Shown here one piece after another: positions 18,684 to 29,270 of a stretch of DNA of 64,000 nucleotides. The stretch covers positions 1,926 to 65,925 of the forward strand of contig JAYEKV010000160.1 in the NCBI GenBank assembly GCA_034716855.1, in the 5' to 3' direction. The number at the start of each line of letters is the position of its first letter. Position 1 is the first letter of the stretch. The notes under the pieces are model-generated. The model was not told the origin of the DNA and did not search any database. It saw only the letters and a program-made list of their open reading frames with translations. Made by a program: the position numbers and the translations under genes. The stretch is from Campylobacterota bacterium. Its GTDB lineage: Bacteria > Campylobacterota > Campylobacteria > Campylobacterales > Arcobacteraceae.

Positions 18684-20546
18684 ATGGCAACAAAAGTAAA
18701 AGATATAAATAAATCAATAGAGAAGATCTTTAAAGAGCATAAAGATACTACACTGACACATGAACAACTAGTAAAAATATTTCCTAAATCTCCAACTGCA
18801 GCCGTTACAAAAAAAATAGTGGCTCAAAAGCAGCTATTTAATGTTACGCTTATTAGTTCAAGAGAACAAGCAAAACGACTAAACGAAATAGAATTCAAAA
18901 AAAGAGAAGATGCTAGAATAAAAAGACAGGAAAATCCTGATGCTGACGAATTTGACCTTCTTAAAAATAAAGAGCTTCTAGAGTGGAGTAGATCCGACTC
19001 TCCTGTTAGAATGTATCTAAGAGAGATGGGTAAAGTACCTCTTCTTACAAAAGAGGAAGAGGTAGAGATAAGTCAATCTATGGAAAAAGGTGAGGACACT
19101 ATCCTTGATGCTATATGTTCAGTACCTTACCTTATAGATTTCATTTTAGAATACAAAGAGCCTTTAGTAAACAGAGAGAGAAAAGTAAAAGAGCTTTTTA
19201 AGAACTTTGATGATGAAGGTGATGATGAATCTGAAGATATTGAAGATACAGTAGAAGCCATAGAGGATGATGATAAAAAAGATAATAAAAAATCAAAAAA
19301 ATTAGACAAAAGAGCTGAGAATATTATTGAATCTTTCAAAATTCTTGAAAAAGCAAAGAAAGACTGGATCAAATTCACTTCTAAAGAGGAATATAAAAGT
19401 GAAGATGAACTTGACATATTAGTTTATGATCTAGCCAATGCATTTAAAAAGAAGCTTATAAAAGAAAGTTTAATTGAACTTGGTCCTACTAGTAAACTTA
19501 TTACGGAAATAGTAAAAGCTATGGAAACATCTTTAAATAGTGATGATGGTTTTGAGGTTGAACTTAAAAGACTAGAATATAAACTTCCATTATTTAATGA
19601 TACTTTAAAAGCTAACCACCAAGAGATACTTGACAAAATATTAACACTTTCAAAGGTTGATATTATAGGTATGGTACCTGAAGCCACAATGGTCTCTACA
19701 TACATGGAAATAAAAAAACTATTTCAAACAGCAGAAGCTAGTAAAGGTGGTTTTGATCTTGAAGAGGAAGAGTTAAAAGATGTCCTAGAGCAGATAAAAC
19801 TTGGTAAACAGATCACAGATAAAGCCAAAAACAGAATGGCTAAATCAAACCTTAGACTTGTTGTATCTATAGCAAAAAGATACACAAACAGAGGGCTTCC
19901 GTTCCTTGACCTGATCCAAGAAGGTAATATAGGACTTATGAAAGCTGTTGACAAATTTGAGTATAAAAAAGGATATAAATTCTCTACATATGCTACTTGG
20001 TGGATTAGACAAGCTATCTCAAGAGCTATTGCAGATCAAGCAAGAACTATTAGAATTCCAATACATATGATCGAAACTATCAATAGAATAAATAAGATCA
20101 TAAGAAAAGGTATCCAAGAAGAAGGTAAAGAGCCTGATGTAGATCAAATTGCAAAAGATGTTGGTCTAACTGTAGATAAGGTTAAGCAAGTAATTAAGAT
20201 CACTAAAGAGCCGGTATCACTTGATGCCCCTATAGGAAATGAAGATGATGGTAAATTCGGTGACTTCGTTGCAGATACACAAGCACCAACTCCTATTGAA
20301 AATATTATGCATGAAGACCTTTTAGGTCAAATTGATCAAATACTTGGTCAGCTTAATGAAAGAGAACAAGCTGTTATTAGAATGAGATTTGGTCTATTAG
20401 ATGACAAAAGTGATAGAACTCTTGAAGAGATCGGTAATACATTAAGTGTTACAAGAGAAAGAGTAAGGCAAATAGAGTCAAGTGCTATAAAGAAACTAAA
20501 ACATCCTAAAGTTGGAAGAAATCTTAAAAACTATGTTGAGAGTTAA
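18684..20546 (+). CDS. rpoD: RNA polymerase primary sigma factor RpoD
   Basis: 620 aa with an acidic region 1, region 2 ([27 protein letters not shown]) and region 4.2 (TLEEIG...[10 protein letters not shown]). Confidence 0.95.
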   Translation: MATKVKDINKSIEKIFKEHKDTTLTHEQLVKIFPKSPTAAVTKKIVAQKQLFNVTLISSREQAKRLNEIEFKKREDARIKRQENPDADEFDLLKNKELLEWSRSDSPVRMYLREMGKVPLLTKEEEVEISQSMEKGEDTILDAICSVPYLIDFILEYKEPLVNRERKVKELFKNFDDEGDDESEDIEDTVEAIEDDDKKDNKKSKKLDKRAENIIESFKILEKAKKDWIKFTSKEEYKSEDELDILVYDLANAFKKKLIKESLIELGPTSKLITEIVKAMETSLNSDDGFEVELKRLEYKLPLFNDTLKANHQEILDKILTLSKVDIIGMVPEATMVSTYMEIKKLFQTAEASKGGFDLEEEELKDVLEQIKLGKQITDKAKNRMAKSNLRLVVSIAKRYTNRGLPFLDLIQEGNIGLMKAVDKFEYKKGYKFSTYATWWIRQAISRAIADQARTIRIPIHMIETINRINKIIRKGIQEEGKEPDVDQIAKDVGLTVDKVKQVIKITKEPVSLDAPIGNEDDGKFGDFVADTQAPTPIENIMHEDLLGQIDQILGQLNEREQAVIRMRFGLLDDKSDRTLEEIGNTLSVTRERVRQIESSAIKKLKHPKVGRNLKNYVES

Positions 20547-20574
20547 TACAAACTCTTAATATATTAAAAGTAAT

Positions 20575-20609
20575 AAAAAAGGGCAAGATTTAAATATCTT
20601 GCCCTTTTT
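20575..20609. terminator. Bidirectional rho-independent terminator between convergent rpoD and CNNM-family gene
   Basis: Perfect 9-bp stem GGGCAAGAT (20581-20589) / ATCTTGCCC (20596-20604) with a 6-nt loop. Flanked by an A-run upstream and a T-run downstream. Overlaps the last codons of the minus-strand CDS. Confidence 0.75.
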
Positions 20610-21642
20610 CTTTTGCTTTTCTTTTGGAGCGCATAATAGCTGTAGCCAATTGTCTCATATCTTCTGTTGTATCAAGCTCATCCATAATCTCTAAACCAAG
20701 TAAGGTCTCAAGACAATCCTCAAGTGTAACAATACCCTCTGTTTGATCATAACTATCTGTAACAATAAGCATATGACCTTTTGCTTTAGTAAAGCTACTC
20801 AAAGCTTTTAAAACAGGTATATTTTCATTAATACTTTCAACTTTACTCATGATAGTCTCTATAGTTACATCTGAATTATTTATTGCATGCTTAAAGATCT
20901 TTTTAGTAAGAACCATACCCACAATATTATCTATAGACTCATCATAAACAGGAACTCTTGAAAACTTATAGGTTCGTTTGTCTTCTAAAAGATCTTTAAT
21001 AAGAGTGTCTTTTTGTACAGCAAATACAACACTTCTAGGTGTTAAAATATCTTTTATCTTTTTGTTCTTTAAAGTTAAAGTATTTTCAATAATATCAGAC
21101 TCCATATCATTTATAACACCATCCTCTTCACTCAAGAGTGCTGTATGTATAAGCTCTTCTCTTGATACTGTATCACCTTCATTTTTATTATTTATCTTTC
21201 TGGTTACAAACATTGTAACTATTATTATAGGGTAAGTGATGAAAATAAATACATTAATAATTCTAGCAGCAACAGGAGCTAACTCTTTCCAGTAGACGGC
21301 ACCTATAGTTTTAGGTATGATCTCTGCAAAGAAAAGAATACTAAAGGTTAATGCTATAGATATAAATAGTATAAGATTACTGTCATTATTAAATACAACT
21401 TGTGCTTGAACACCAATAGCTGTAGCACCAAGAGTATTAGCAAAAGTGTTTAGTATTAATATTGATGAGATAGATTTGTCTACATCTTTTTTTAAGTCCT
21501 TAAGCAAACTTCCCGCTTTTGGATTAACCTGCTCTAAAACAGAGATATAAGAAACATTAGTAGATAACAGTATCGATTCCAAAACAGAACATAAAAATGA
21601 TACACTGACAACTAAAATAAATAAAAAGATCAAATATTCCAT
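20590..21642 (-). CDS. CNNM/HlyC-CorC family transporter-associated protein (DUF21 membrane domain + CBS pair)
   Basis: 350 aa with an N-terminal multi-TM DUF21-like region followed by a CBS-pair region (DILTPRS..., VPVYDESIDNIVG). Confidence 0.85.
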   Translation of the reverse strand: MEYLIFLFILVVSVSFLCSVLESILLSTNVSYISVLEQVNPKAGSLLKDLKKDVDKSISSILILNTFANTLGATAIGVQAQVVFNNDSNLILFISIALTFSILFFAEIIPKTIGAVYWKELAPVAARIINVFIFITYPIIIVTMFVTRKINNKNEGDTVSREELIHTALLSEEDGVINDMESDIIENTLTLKNKKIKDILTPRSVVFAVQKDTLIKDLLEDKRTYKFSRVPVYDESIDNIVGMVLTKKIFKHAINNSDVTIETIMSKVESINENIPVLKALSSFTKAKGHMLIVTDSYDQTEGIVTLEDCLETLLGLEIMDELDTTEDMRQLATAIMRSKRKAKEKGQDI

Positions 21643-21782
21643 ATATTATATTCTCACTTCTTTATATGTATATATAAGACAACAATGGGGGGATGAACTA
21701 TCCAAGTATTTCTCCTTAAGAATTTTAATATATTATTATACCAAATTTTCAATTATATTTACTGAAACTTTACTTAACAGTA

Positions 21783-22439
21783 TTAAAATACTTTTCCAAT
21801 AGAACTTATCACCTTCCCCAATACATCTATTTTAACTTTTGAAGCGATTTGCACAGGGTATTCTTTGTTGTCAGATATGATATCTAAATTACCGTCAACC
21901 CTTCTTTGTATTCTTTTTACAAAAAGTCCATTTTCATTTACAAAGGCATAAATACCATCTTTAGCAACATCATTTTTTGTTTTATCTATAAATATAATAT
22001 TACCGTTGTTTAAAGTTGGTTCCATACTGTCACCGGTAACATTGATTGCTTCAATATTTTTTACATTTTGTACCCCTCCAACCATATCTACAAAGAAATC
22101 AGGCAATTCAAGTTTTTCAAATTCATCTTCACTATCATATGCACCTCCACCGGCACTTACATTTATAGTTGGATAGTATTTAATCCAATACTTATCCGTA
22201 CTATCTATTAAACTACTTGGGTCTTGACCATATAGCATCCAATTTATAGATATTTTTTTTAAGGCACAAAAATCCAATATACTTGAAAAAGGTATACTAT
22301 TTCTTTTTTTCATAGTGGCAAAATTTACACTTGTAATATCTAAAGCAGTTGCGATATCTTTATCGAATATCTTTTTATCTTTTTTTTCACTGGATAAAAC
22401 ATCTCTTAGTTTTTCTATTATCTCATTTATATCTAACAT
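21783..22439 (-). CDS. XRE-HTH / S24 peptidase repressor (LexA/CI-like)
   Basis: 218 aa with an N-terminal HTH (IATALDITSVNFATMKKR) and a C-terminal S24 domain carrying the Ser motif GDSMEP and the Lys motif FVKRI. Confidence 0.8.
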   Translation of the reverse strand: MLDINEIIEKLRDVLSSEKKDKKIFDKDIATALDITSVNFATMKKRNSIPFSSILDFCALKKISINWMLYGQDPSSLIDSTDKYWIKYYPTINVSAGGGAYDSEDEFEKLELPDFFVDMVGGVQNVKNIEAINVTGDSMEPTLNNGNIIFIDKTKNDVAKDGIYAFVNENGLFVKRIQRRVDGNLDIISDNKEYPVQIASKVKIDVLGKVISSIGKVF

Positions 22440-22505
22440 ACCAATCCCTTAATTATAAATTATATTAAAATAATAACATAAAAAAAAGTATTTTTCAACA
22501 ATAAA

Positions 22506-22520
22506 ATTGCATTTTGCAAT
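22506..22520. promoter_or_regulatory. Candidate operator palindrome ATTGCA-TTT-TGCAAT upstream of the S24 repressor gene
   Basis: Perfect 6-bp inverted arms with a 3-bp spacer, about 70 bp upstream of the repressor start. A further TGCAAT half-site lies about 30 bp away. Confidence 0.25.
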
Positions 22521-22797
22521 ATTTTTTAACCAACCTACAAATATATGCAATAATTTCATATATAAATTAAGGAAATAACATGAAAACCAAAATAGATTCA
22601 TTTTCAGAGAAAATTGATACATTAATATATAAGATCGCTGAAATCATTTTGTAATATTGTAAAAAATGTATATTTTTTGTAAAATTTTTTATTTTATCTA
22701 CCAAACAAAACAAATTAAATATTTACTAAAGCAATTTTAATATAAAATTAGGAAATTTTAATTATTGGCACAAAGCCGATATAAAATGGAGTTAATT

Positions 22798-23052
22798 ATG
22801 GAAGAAGTAAACTTAGTTACAGAAGCACTGAAGTTTATGGTTTTAGGTATGGGTGTAGTTTTTACATTCCTTATTATTATGGTCTTTGTTTTGAAGTTTC
22901 AAGCGAAGCTTATTGCAAAATATTTCCCTGAAAAACCAAAAGATGTTTCTAATGAGTGGAAACCAAAAAATGCAACTGAGTCTGAAGACAAAGCTACTAT
23001 AGCGGCAATTACAGCTGCGATCATACATCACAATAATCACACAACACGATAG
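22798..23052 (+). CDS. oadG: Oxaloacetate decarboxylase gamma subunit
   Basis: Small single-TM protein (LVTEALKFMVLGMGVVFTFLII) at the head of the oadA/oadB genes. Start placed at ATG 22798, 6 nt after GGAG; the track ORF starts at TTG 22765. Confidence 0.65.
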   Translation: MEEVNLVTEALKFMVLGMGVVFTFLIIMVFVLKFQAKLIAKYFPEKPKDVSNEWKPKNATESEDKATIAAITAAIIHHNNHTTR

Positions 23053-23081
23053 TGTTTTGATTTATAAAAAGGTTAATTATA

Positions 23082-24887
23082 ATGTCAAAAAAATATATTG
23101 ATATAATGGATACTACTTTTAGAGACGGATTTCAATCTGTTTTTGGTGGTAGAGTTCTTATGGACGATTTCTTCCCTGCAGTTGAAGCTGCAAAAGAAGC
23201 TGGTATAACACACTTTGAATTTGGTGGTGGAGCAAGATTCCAATCACTATTCTTCTATTTACAAGAGAATGCATTTGAGATGATGGATAAATTTAGATCT
23301 ATCGTTGGTCCTGATGCAAACCTTCAAACACTCTCAAGAGGTATAAATACAGTAATGCTTGATACAGGAAGTAGAGATTTAGTTGACCTACATGCAAAAA
23401 TGTTTGCAAAACACGGAACTACTACAATTAGAAACTTTGATGCATTGAATGATGTACAAAATTTAGAATTCTCGGCAAAATGTATTAAAAATCACGGTTT
23501 GAAACATGAAGCAGTAGTTACTATGATGGATCTTCCTCCTGGTTGCTCTGGTGCTCATGATGTTGCATTCTATGAAAAAACTTTAAGAGGTATCTTAGAT
23601 AGCGGTTTACCGTACGATTCAATCTGTTTTAAAGATGCAAGCGGTACAGCAAATCCACATAAAGTTCACGAAACTATTAAAATGGCTAGAAAACTTTTAG
23701 GTGATGATACGCATATCAGACTTCATACACATGAAACAGCTGGTGTATCTGTATCATCTTACTTAGCTGCTCTTGAAGCTGGTGCTGATGGTATTGATTG
23801 TGCTGCTGCACCTGTAAGTGGTGGAACAAGCCAACCAGATATTTTAACTATGTTACATGCAACTAAGGGAACTAAATTTGACCTTGGTGGATTAACAACA
23901 GATAAAGTATTAACTTATCAAGAAACATTAAAAGATTGTTTAAAAGACTACTTTATGCCGCCTGAGGCTACACAAGTAAGTCCACTTATCCCATTCTCAC
24001 CAATGCCAGGTGGTGCTTTAACAGCAAATACTCAAATGATGAGAGACAGCGGAACATTAGATAAATTCCCTGAAGTTATTAAAGCGATGCAAGAGGTAGT
24101 AGAAAAAGGTGGATACGGTACATCTGTAACTCCTGTTTCTCAATTCTATTGGCAGCAAGCATATGCAAATGTAATGTTTGGACCATGGAAACAAATAGCT
24201 CCAGGATATGGGAAAATGGTACTTGGTTACTTTGGTAAAACTCCAGTTGAACCAGATGCAGATATTGTAAAATTAGCATCTGAAAAATTAAAACTAGAGC
24301 CAACTTCTGAAAATCCACTTGATATTTCAGATAAAGATGTTACAAAGTCAATCGCAGCTTGGAAAGAAAGATTAGAGATTGAAGGTCTTGAAACAACAGA
24401 AGAAAATATTTTTATTGCAGCGGCTTGTGATGAAAAAGGTATTGCATTCTTAAAAGGCGATTCACCGCTTAATGTGAGAAAAAATGATGATTGCGAAAAT
24501 AGCACATGTGAAACTAAAGGAGATAATAAAATGGCAGATGGGAATTATACAGTAGTAGTAGACGGAAAGAAATTCAGTGTACAAGTTGCAGAAGGAAATG
24601 CAGATATTCAAGTAGTAGCACCTGCGGCTGAAGCTGCACCTGCAGAAGCAGCACCGGCAGCAACATCAGGAGCTGGAACAGAAGTTGGAGCAACTGTAAA
24701 CGGTAATGTATGGAAAATCTTAGTAAATGTAGGTGACAAAGTTGAAAAAGGTCAAGTAATATCAATACTAGAAGCTATGAAAATGGAAATAGATATTGAA
24801 GCTCCATGTGCAGGTACTGTAACAGCTGTAGCCGTTAAGCCTAATGATGCAGTCGAAGAGGGACAAACTATAGTAGTTATTGGATAA
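23082..24887 (+). CDS. oadA: Oxaloacetate decarboxylase alpha subunit / pyruvate carboxylase subunit B type carboxyltransferase-biotin carrier
   Basis: 601 aa with a carboxyltransferase barrel (DTTFRDGFQS, HTHETAG), an Ala/Pro-rich linker and a biotinyl-lysine motif (EAMKME). Confidence 0.9.
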   Translation: MSKKYIDIMDTTFRDGFQSVFGGRVLMDDFFPAVEAAKEAGITHFEFGGGARFQSLFFYLQENAFEMMDKFRSIVGPDANLQTLSRGINTVMLDTGSRDLVDLHAKMFAKHGTTTIRNFDALNDVQNLEFSAKCIKNHGLKHEAVVTMMDLPPGCSGAHDVAFYEKTLRGILDSGLPYDSICFKDASGTANPHKVHETIKMARKLLGDDTHIRLHTHETAGVSVSSYLAALEAGADGIDCAAAPVSGGTSQPDILTMLHATKGTKFDLGGLTTDKVLTYQETLKDCLKDYFMPPEATQVSPLIPFSPMPGGALTANTQMMRDSGTLDKFPEVIKAMQEVVEKGGYGTSVTPVSQFYWQQAYANVMFGPWKQIAPGYGKMVLGYFGKTPVEPDADIVKLASEKLKLEPTSENPLDISDKDVTKSIAAWKERLEIEGLETTEENIFIAAACDEKGIAFLKGDSPLNVRKNDDCENSTCETKGDNKMADGNYTVVVDGKKFSVQVAEGNADIQVVAPAAEAAPAEAAPAATSGAGTEVGATVNGNVWKILVNVGDKVEKGQVISILEAMKMEIDIEAPCAGTVTAVAVKPNDAVEEGQTIVVIG

Positions 24888-24911
24888 CTACATTGAGTAT
24901 TGGAGAAAAAT

Positions 24912-26231
24912 ATGAATAAAAAACTTATCTCTTTTCTGTTTCTAGCAATGGTTACACTATTTAGCACATCTTTATATGCTGGTGGTGTAAGTGCAGAAGT
25001 TGAAACTGAAAAACAAGAGTACCAATCAAAAACAATGGGTGAGCTAGCTCATTCATTCTTTCAAACAACAGGGATTAATGCTTTCTTAAATCCTAGTGAT
25101 GATATAATGACAGCAGAAGCTCATGCGGAAGATGCTAGACCTATGACAACATTTGAACAAACATGGGGTAGAATTATTATGTTTATAGTATGCTTTATTC
25201 TATTCTATTTAGCTATTGCTAAAGGGTTTGAACCATTGTTGCTTCTTCCTATTGCATTTGGTGGATTATTAGCCAATATTCCATTAGCAGGTATTGGTGG
25301 AGAATCTGGAATGCTTGGTATTATCTATAATATGGGTATTGCAAATGGATTCTTCCCACTTCTAATCTTTATGGGTGTTGGCGCTATGACAGACTTTGGA
25401 CCACTGCTTGCAAATCCAAAAACAGCACTACTAGGTGGAGCAGCTCAATTTGGAATCTTCGGTTCATTAGTTGGTGCTGTTATGTTAGGATTCAGTATAC
25501 AAGATGCTAGTGCTATTTCTATAATTGGTGGTGCTGATGGTCCTACATCTATATTTATTGCAAATGCACTAGCTCCACACCTATTAGGTGCGATTGCGGT
25601 TGCAGCATATAGTTATATGGCACTTGTTCCAGTTATCCAGCCTCCTATTATGAAGGCTCTTACAACTGAAGAGGAAAGAAAAATAAAAATGCCTGCTCTT
25701 AGAAAGGTACACCCTTTAGAGAAATTATTATTACCAATCGTAATTTTAATGATGGCTATTTTACTATTACCTGAGTCTACTCCACTAATTGGTGCATTTG
25801 CTCTTGGTAACTTTGCAAAACAATCGGGTGTTGTTGATAGATTAAGTGACACAATGCAAAATGCACTTATTAATATAGTTACTATATTCTTAGGTCTTGG
25901 TGTTGGTTCTAAACTTGCAGCTGATAAATTCCTTGTATTAGATACAATGGGAATTATGGCTGTTGGTCTTGTTGCGTTTGCAGTGGGAACTGCAACTGGT
26001 GTTCTTATGGCTAAATTGATGAATAAATTTAGTCCAGCAGATGCACAAATCAACCCGTTAATTGGAGCTGCAGGAGTTTCTGCTGTACCAATGGCGGCGA
26101 GAGTTGTAAGTAAAGTTGGTCAAGATTATGATAAATCAAATGTATTATTAATGCATGCGATGGGTCCAAATGTTGCGGGTGTAATCGGTTCAGCAGTTGC
26201 TGCTGGTGTATTACTATCTATATTTAAATAA
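24912..26231 (+). CDS. oadB: Sodium ion-translocating decarboxylase beta subunit
   Basis: Polytopic membrane protein with [12 protein letters not shown] and other OadB-family features. Start placed at ATG 24912 after GGAG (24902-24905). Confidence 0.9.
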   Translation: MNKKLISFLFLAMVTLFSTSLYAGGVSAEVETEKQEYQSKTMGELAHSFFQTTGINAFLNPSDDIMTAEAHAEDARPMTTFEQTWGRIIMFIVCFILFYLAIAKGFEPLLLLPIAFGGLLANIPLAGIGGESGMLGIIYNMGIANGFFPLLIFMGVGAMTDFGPLLANPKTALLGGAAQFGIFGSLVGAVMLGFSIQDASAISIIGGADGPTSIFIANALAPHLLGAIAVAAYSYMALVPVIQPPIMKALTTEEERKIKMPALRKVHPLEKLLLPIVILMMAILLLPESTPLIGAFALGNFAKQSGVVDRLSDTMQNALINIVTIFLGLGVGSKLAADKFLVLDTMGIMAVGLVAFAVGTATGVLMAKLMNKFSPADAQINPLIGAAGVSAVPMAARVVSKVGQDYDKSNVLLMHAMGPNVAGVIGSAVAAGVLLSIFK

Positions 26232-26253
26232 AAAGATTAGGGAAAATTTAATT

Positions 26254-27831
26254 ATGTCTAATATCAATAACTCAATTGGTCTAGAAAATGTGGGAACGAT
26301 TTATAGAAATCTTGACCTTGATACTTTAATAGATCATGCGGTTGAAAATGAAGGAGCTACAATCAGCTCAACAGGTGCTTTAATGATTGATACGGGGATC
26401 TTCACAGGAAGAAGCCCTAAAGATAAATACTTTGTTAATGCTGATCCTTCAAACAAGTATATTGCTTGGGGTGATGTAAATGCACCTATTAATAAAGAAG
26501 TTTATAACTCTTTATTAAATTTAGGGAAAAAACAATTAAGCGGAAAAGACCTTTATATAACTGATGTTTATTGTGGTGCTACAAAGTGTAGTAGAAAATC
26601 TATCAGATTTATTACTGAAATTGCTTGGCAGTCACACTTTATAAAAAATATGTTTATTGTTCCTTCAAAAGAAGATCTTGAAAACTTCCAACCTGAATTT
26701 ACAGTATACAATGCTTGTAAAACTACAAATCCTAATCACAAAGAAGATGGATTAAATTCTGAAGTATTTGTAGCATTTGATGTAGAAGCAAATGAAGCTG
26801 TTATCGGTGGTACATGGTATGCAGGAGAGATGAAAAAAGGTATCTTCTCTATGATGAATTACTGGCTTCCATTAGAAAACAAACTTCCTATGCATTGTTC
26901 TGCAAATGTAGGAAAAGACGGTGACACTGCCCTATTCTTTGGTCTTTCAGGAACAGGTAAAACAACACTTTCTACCGATCCAAACAGAGCACTAATCGGT
27001 GATGATGAGCATGGTTGGGATGATAATGGTGTATTTAATTTTGAAGGTGGATGTTACGCAAAGGTTATTAACCTAGATGCTGAATCTGAGCCTGAAATAT
27101 TTGCTGCTATTAAAAAAGGTGCTATATTAGAAAATGTAGTTGCTGATGAAAATGGCAATGTAGACTACAATGACAACTCAAAAACTGAGAATACTAGAGT
27201 TTCTTACCCTATTGATCATATTGAGAATATCCAAGCAGGTAGTGCTGCAGGACACCCTACAAATATTATCTTCTTAAGTGCAGATGCATATGGTGTATTA
27301 CCTCCTGTATCTAAACTTACTAAAGAACAAGCAATGTACTATTTCTTAAGTGGTTATACTGCAAAGGTAGCTGGAACTGAAAGAGGCGTAAAAGAACCTC
27401 AAGCTACATTCAGTGCTTGTTTTGGTGAAGCATTCCTTCCTCAGCATCCAACTGTATATGCAAAACTACTTGGTGAAAAAATAGACAAACACAATGTAAA
27501 TGTATTTTTAGTTAACACAGGTTGGACAGGTGGTGCATACGGTACTGGTTCTAGAATGAGTATTAAAAATACAAGAGCTTGTATAAATGGTATACTTGAC
27601 GGGAAGATAAATAATAGTGAATTTGAAACTACTCCTATATTTAATCTAAGTGTTCCTAAAACTCTTGAAGGTGTTGATACTGAAGTACTAAATCCTAGAA
27701 ATACTTGGGAAAATAAAGTTGCATATGATGCTCAAGCAAAAGAGTTGGCAACTATGTATGTAGCAAACTTCAAAAAATATCTTACAGATGATAGTGATTT
27801 TGACTTTACGGCTGCTGGTCCTAAAGTATAA
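26254..27831 (+). CDS. pckA: Phosphoenolpyruvate carboxykinase (ATP)
   Basis: Motifs [11 protein letters not shown] and IGDDEHGW, with ATP-type PEPCK length. Start placed at MSNINNSIG (ATG 26254). The upstream 19 codons overlap oadB and look spurious. Confidence 0.95.
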   Translation: MSNINNSIGLENVGTIYRNLDLDTLIDHAVENEGATISSTGALMIDTGIFTGRSPKDKYFVNADPSNKYIAWGDVNAPINKEVYNSLLNLGKKQLSGKDLYITDVYCGATKCSRKSIRFITEIAWQSHFIKNMFIVPSKEDLENFQPEFTVYNACKTTNPNHKEDGLNSEVFVAFDVEANEAVIGGTWYAGEMKKGIFSMMNYWLPLENKLPMHCSANVGKDGDTALFFGLSGTGKTTLSTDPNRALIGDDEHGWDDNGVFNFEGGCYAKVINLDAESEPEIFAAIKKGAILENVVADENGNVDYNDNSKTENTRVSYPIDHIENIQAGSAAGHPTNIIFLSADAYGVLPPVSKLTKEQAMYYFLSGYTAKVAGTERGVKEPQATFSACFGEAFLPQHPTVYAKLLGEKIDKHNVNVFLVNTGWTGGAYGTGSRMSIKNTRACINGILDGKINNSEFETTPIFNLSVPKTLEGVDTEVLNPRNTWENKVAYDAQAKELATMYVANFKKYLTDDSDFDFTAAGPKV

Positions 27832-27855
27832 TTTTAAATAATTATTACTAACTAA

Positions 27856-27882
27856 GGGGAAGCATTAAGCTTCCCTTTTTTT
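27856..27882 (+). terminator. Rho-independent terminator after pckA
   Basis: Stem GGGAAGC (27857-27863) / GCTTCCC (27869-27875), loop ATTAA, followed by a run of 7 T. Confidence 0.8.
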
Positions 27883-27924
27883 ATTCTACTATAAAATTAC
27901 ATACCTAAACAATAAAGAACAAAT

Positions 27925-28416
27925 ATGAAAAAAGAACAATTTTTAAATGATATCCAAAGCAATTGTAGTGAAATACTACATTTAAGTACAAAACATATGT
28001 TAGACAAACTCTATAAAGATGATGAGGAATTAGACAAAATAAAGCTTACTGAGTTTTTTACTAATTATAAAAACTATCACCTTTATTTAAATGATTTTGC
28101 AGCAACAATATACAGTAGATATGCATCTAGCGTAAACAATCTATATATTGAAATGTGTGAATATTTAGATGTAGAAGTTGATAACAAATATACTTTGGAA
28201 CATGTAATTATAAAACTTGAAAAACAAACTCCAGAACTACTTTTAAGTCTTACTAGTGAAGATATACAAAAACAAACTATAATACATTTTGATGAAAAGT
28301 TAGAGGCGATAGAATCCTCTGCACACTACAATAACAATCTGGATGAATTTAAAGAAAGAGTAGATAAATTAAAACAAAATATTTACCTAGTTAAGAATGC
28401 ATTACAAATTTCATAA
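27925..28416 (+). CDS. Hypothetical helical protein
   Basis: 163-aa ORF with no recognised motif. Its 3' end overlaps the following radical SAM gene by 20 nt. Confidence 0.5.
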   Translation: MKKEQFLNDIQSNCSEILHLSTKHMLDKLYKDDEELDKIKLTEFFTNYKNYHLYLNDFAATIYSRYASSVNNLYIEMCEYLDVEVDNKYTLEHVIIKLEKQTPELLLSLTSEDIQKQTIIHFDEKLEAIESSAHYNNNLDEFKERVDKLKQNIYLVKNALQIS

Positions 28417-29263
28417 AGTATATATAGAACTTACAAATATTTGTGGCTTAGAGTGTACCTTTTGTCCAACAAAAGATATAAAGCCACAAACAATGACATT
28501 AGACACCTTTGAAACAATCATCAAACAAATAAAACCCTATACTAACAATATCGCTCTTCATGTATTTGGTGATCCTTTAACACTTTCAAATCTTGAACAT
28601 TATCTTGATATTGCATTAGAATATAATATAAAAGTTGATATCACAACTACAGGATATTATCTAAATAACTTCAAGTTAGAACTGTTTTTACATAAAGCGA
28701 TAAAACAGATCAATTTTTCTTTGAATAGTTACAATAAAAATGAGATGGATTTAAAGCTAGATCAATATCTAAAACCAATGCTTTTACTTTGTGATCTAAA
28801 ATTAAAAAATAAAATTAAAAGTTTTATAAATTTCAGACTTTGGAATCTAGATGAAACTAACAGTGAAAAATCATTTAATAAAGAGATCTTTAAGATATTG
28901 TCAAGTCATTTTAAACTAGATTTGTCAAATATTGATCCTAAAGGGTCTAAAAGAGTTGAAAATCAAATATTGATAAACTTTGATAATTATTTTAAATGGC
29001 CAAGCTTAAATGATAGTAAAATTAGTCACGGTTACTGTCATGGTCTTTCATCCCAACTGGCTATACTCTCATCCGGGAAAGTAGTACCTTGCTGCTTAGA
29101 TAGTTTTGGGATCATAGATCTTGGTAATATTGAGGATAAATCCTTAAAAGATATACTATTTTCACAAAAAGCTTTAAATATAAAAGATGGATTTAAAAAA
29201 AATATTGCAGTAGAGGAGTTATGTCAAAAATGTACCTATAAAAATAGGTTTAATTTGTTATAA
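28397..29263 (+). CDS. Radical SAM protein with C-terminal SPASM/twitch-like Cys cluster
   Basis: 288 aa with N-terminal CGLECTFC (CxxxCxxC) and C-terminal CHG...VPCCLD...CQKC cysteines. Confidence 0.8.
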   Translation: MHYKFHKVYIELTNICGLECTFCPTKDIKPQTMTLDTFETIIKQIKPYTNNIALHVFGDPLTLSNLEHYLDIALEYNIKVDITTTGYYLNNFKLELFLHKAIKQINFSLNSYNKNEMDLKLDQYLKPMLLLCDLKLKNKIKSFINFRLWNLDETNSEKSFNKEIFKILSSHFKLDLSNIDPKGSKRVENQILINFDNYFKWPSLNDSKISHGYCHGLSSQLAILSSGKVVPCCLDSFGIIDLGNIEDKSLKDILFSQKALNIKDGFKKNIAVEELCQKCTYKNRFNLL

Positions 29264-29270
29264 TTTCCAA

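Noticed and set aside
19127-19954. Three minus-strand ORFs (93-96 and 76 aa) within rpoD
   Set aside because: They are Ser/Leu-rich antisense artefacts of the acidic rpoD region 1.
21783-22439. Prophage or integrated element suggested by the CI-like repressor
   Set aside because: No integrase, excisionase, Cro/antirepressor, structural genes, att-like direct repeats or adjacent tRNA are present. Only a lone repressor is supported.
22580-22654. 24-codon ORF (MKTKIDSFSEKIDTLIYKIAEIIL) with an AAGGA RBS in the long intergenic region
   Set aside because: It is too short and AT-rich to distinguish from chance without conservation data. It is mentioned only as context for the repressor locus.
25613-26053. 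146-aa antisense ORF inside oadB
   Set aside because: It lies entirely within a confidently identified membrane-subunit gene on the other strand. Its composition is typical of an antisense artefact.
26197-26253. N-terminal extension of pckA overlapping oadB
   Set aside because: The extension ([13 protein letters not shown]...) is unlike PEPCK N-termini and overlaps oadB. The ATG at 26254 gives the normal MSNINN start.
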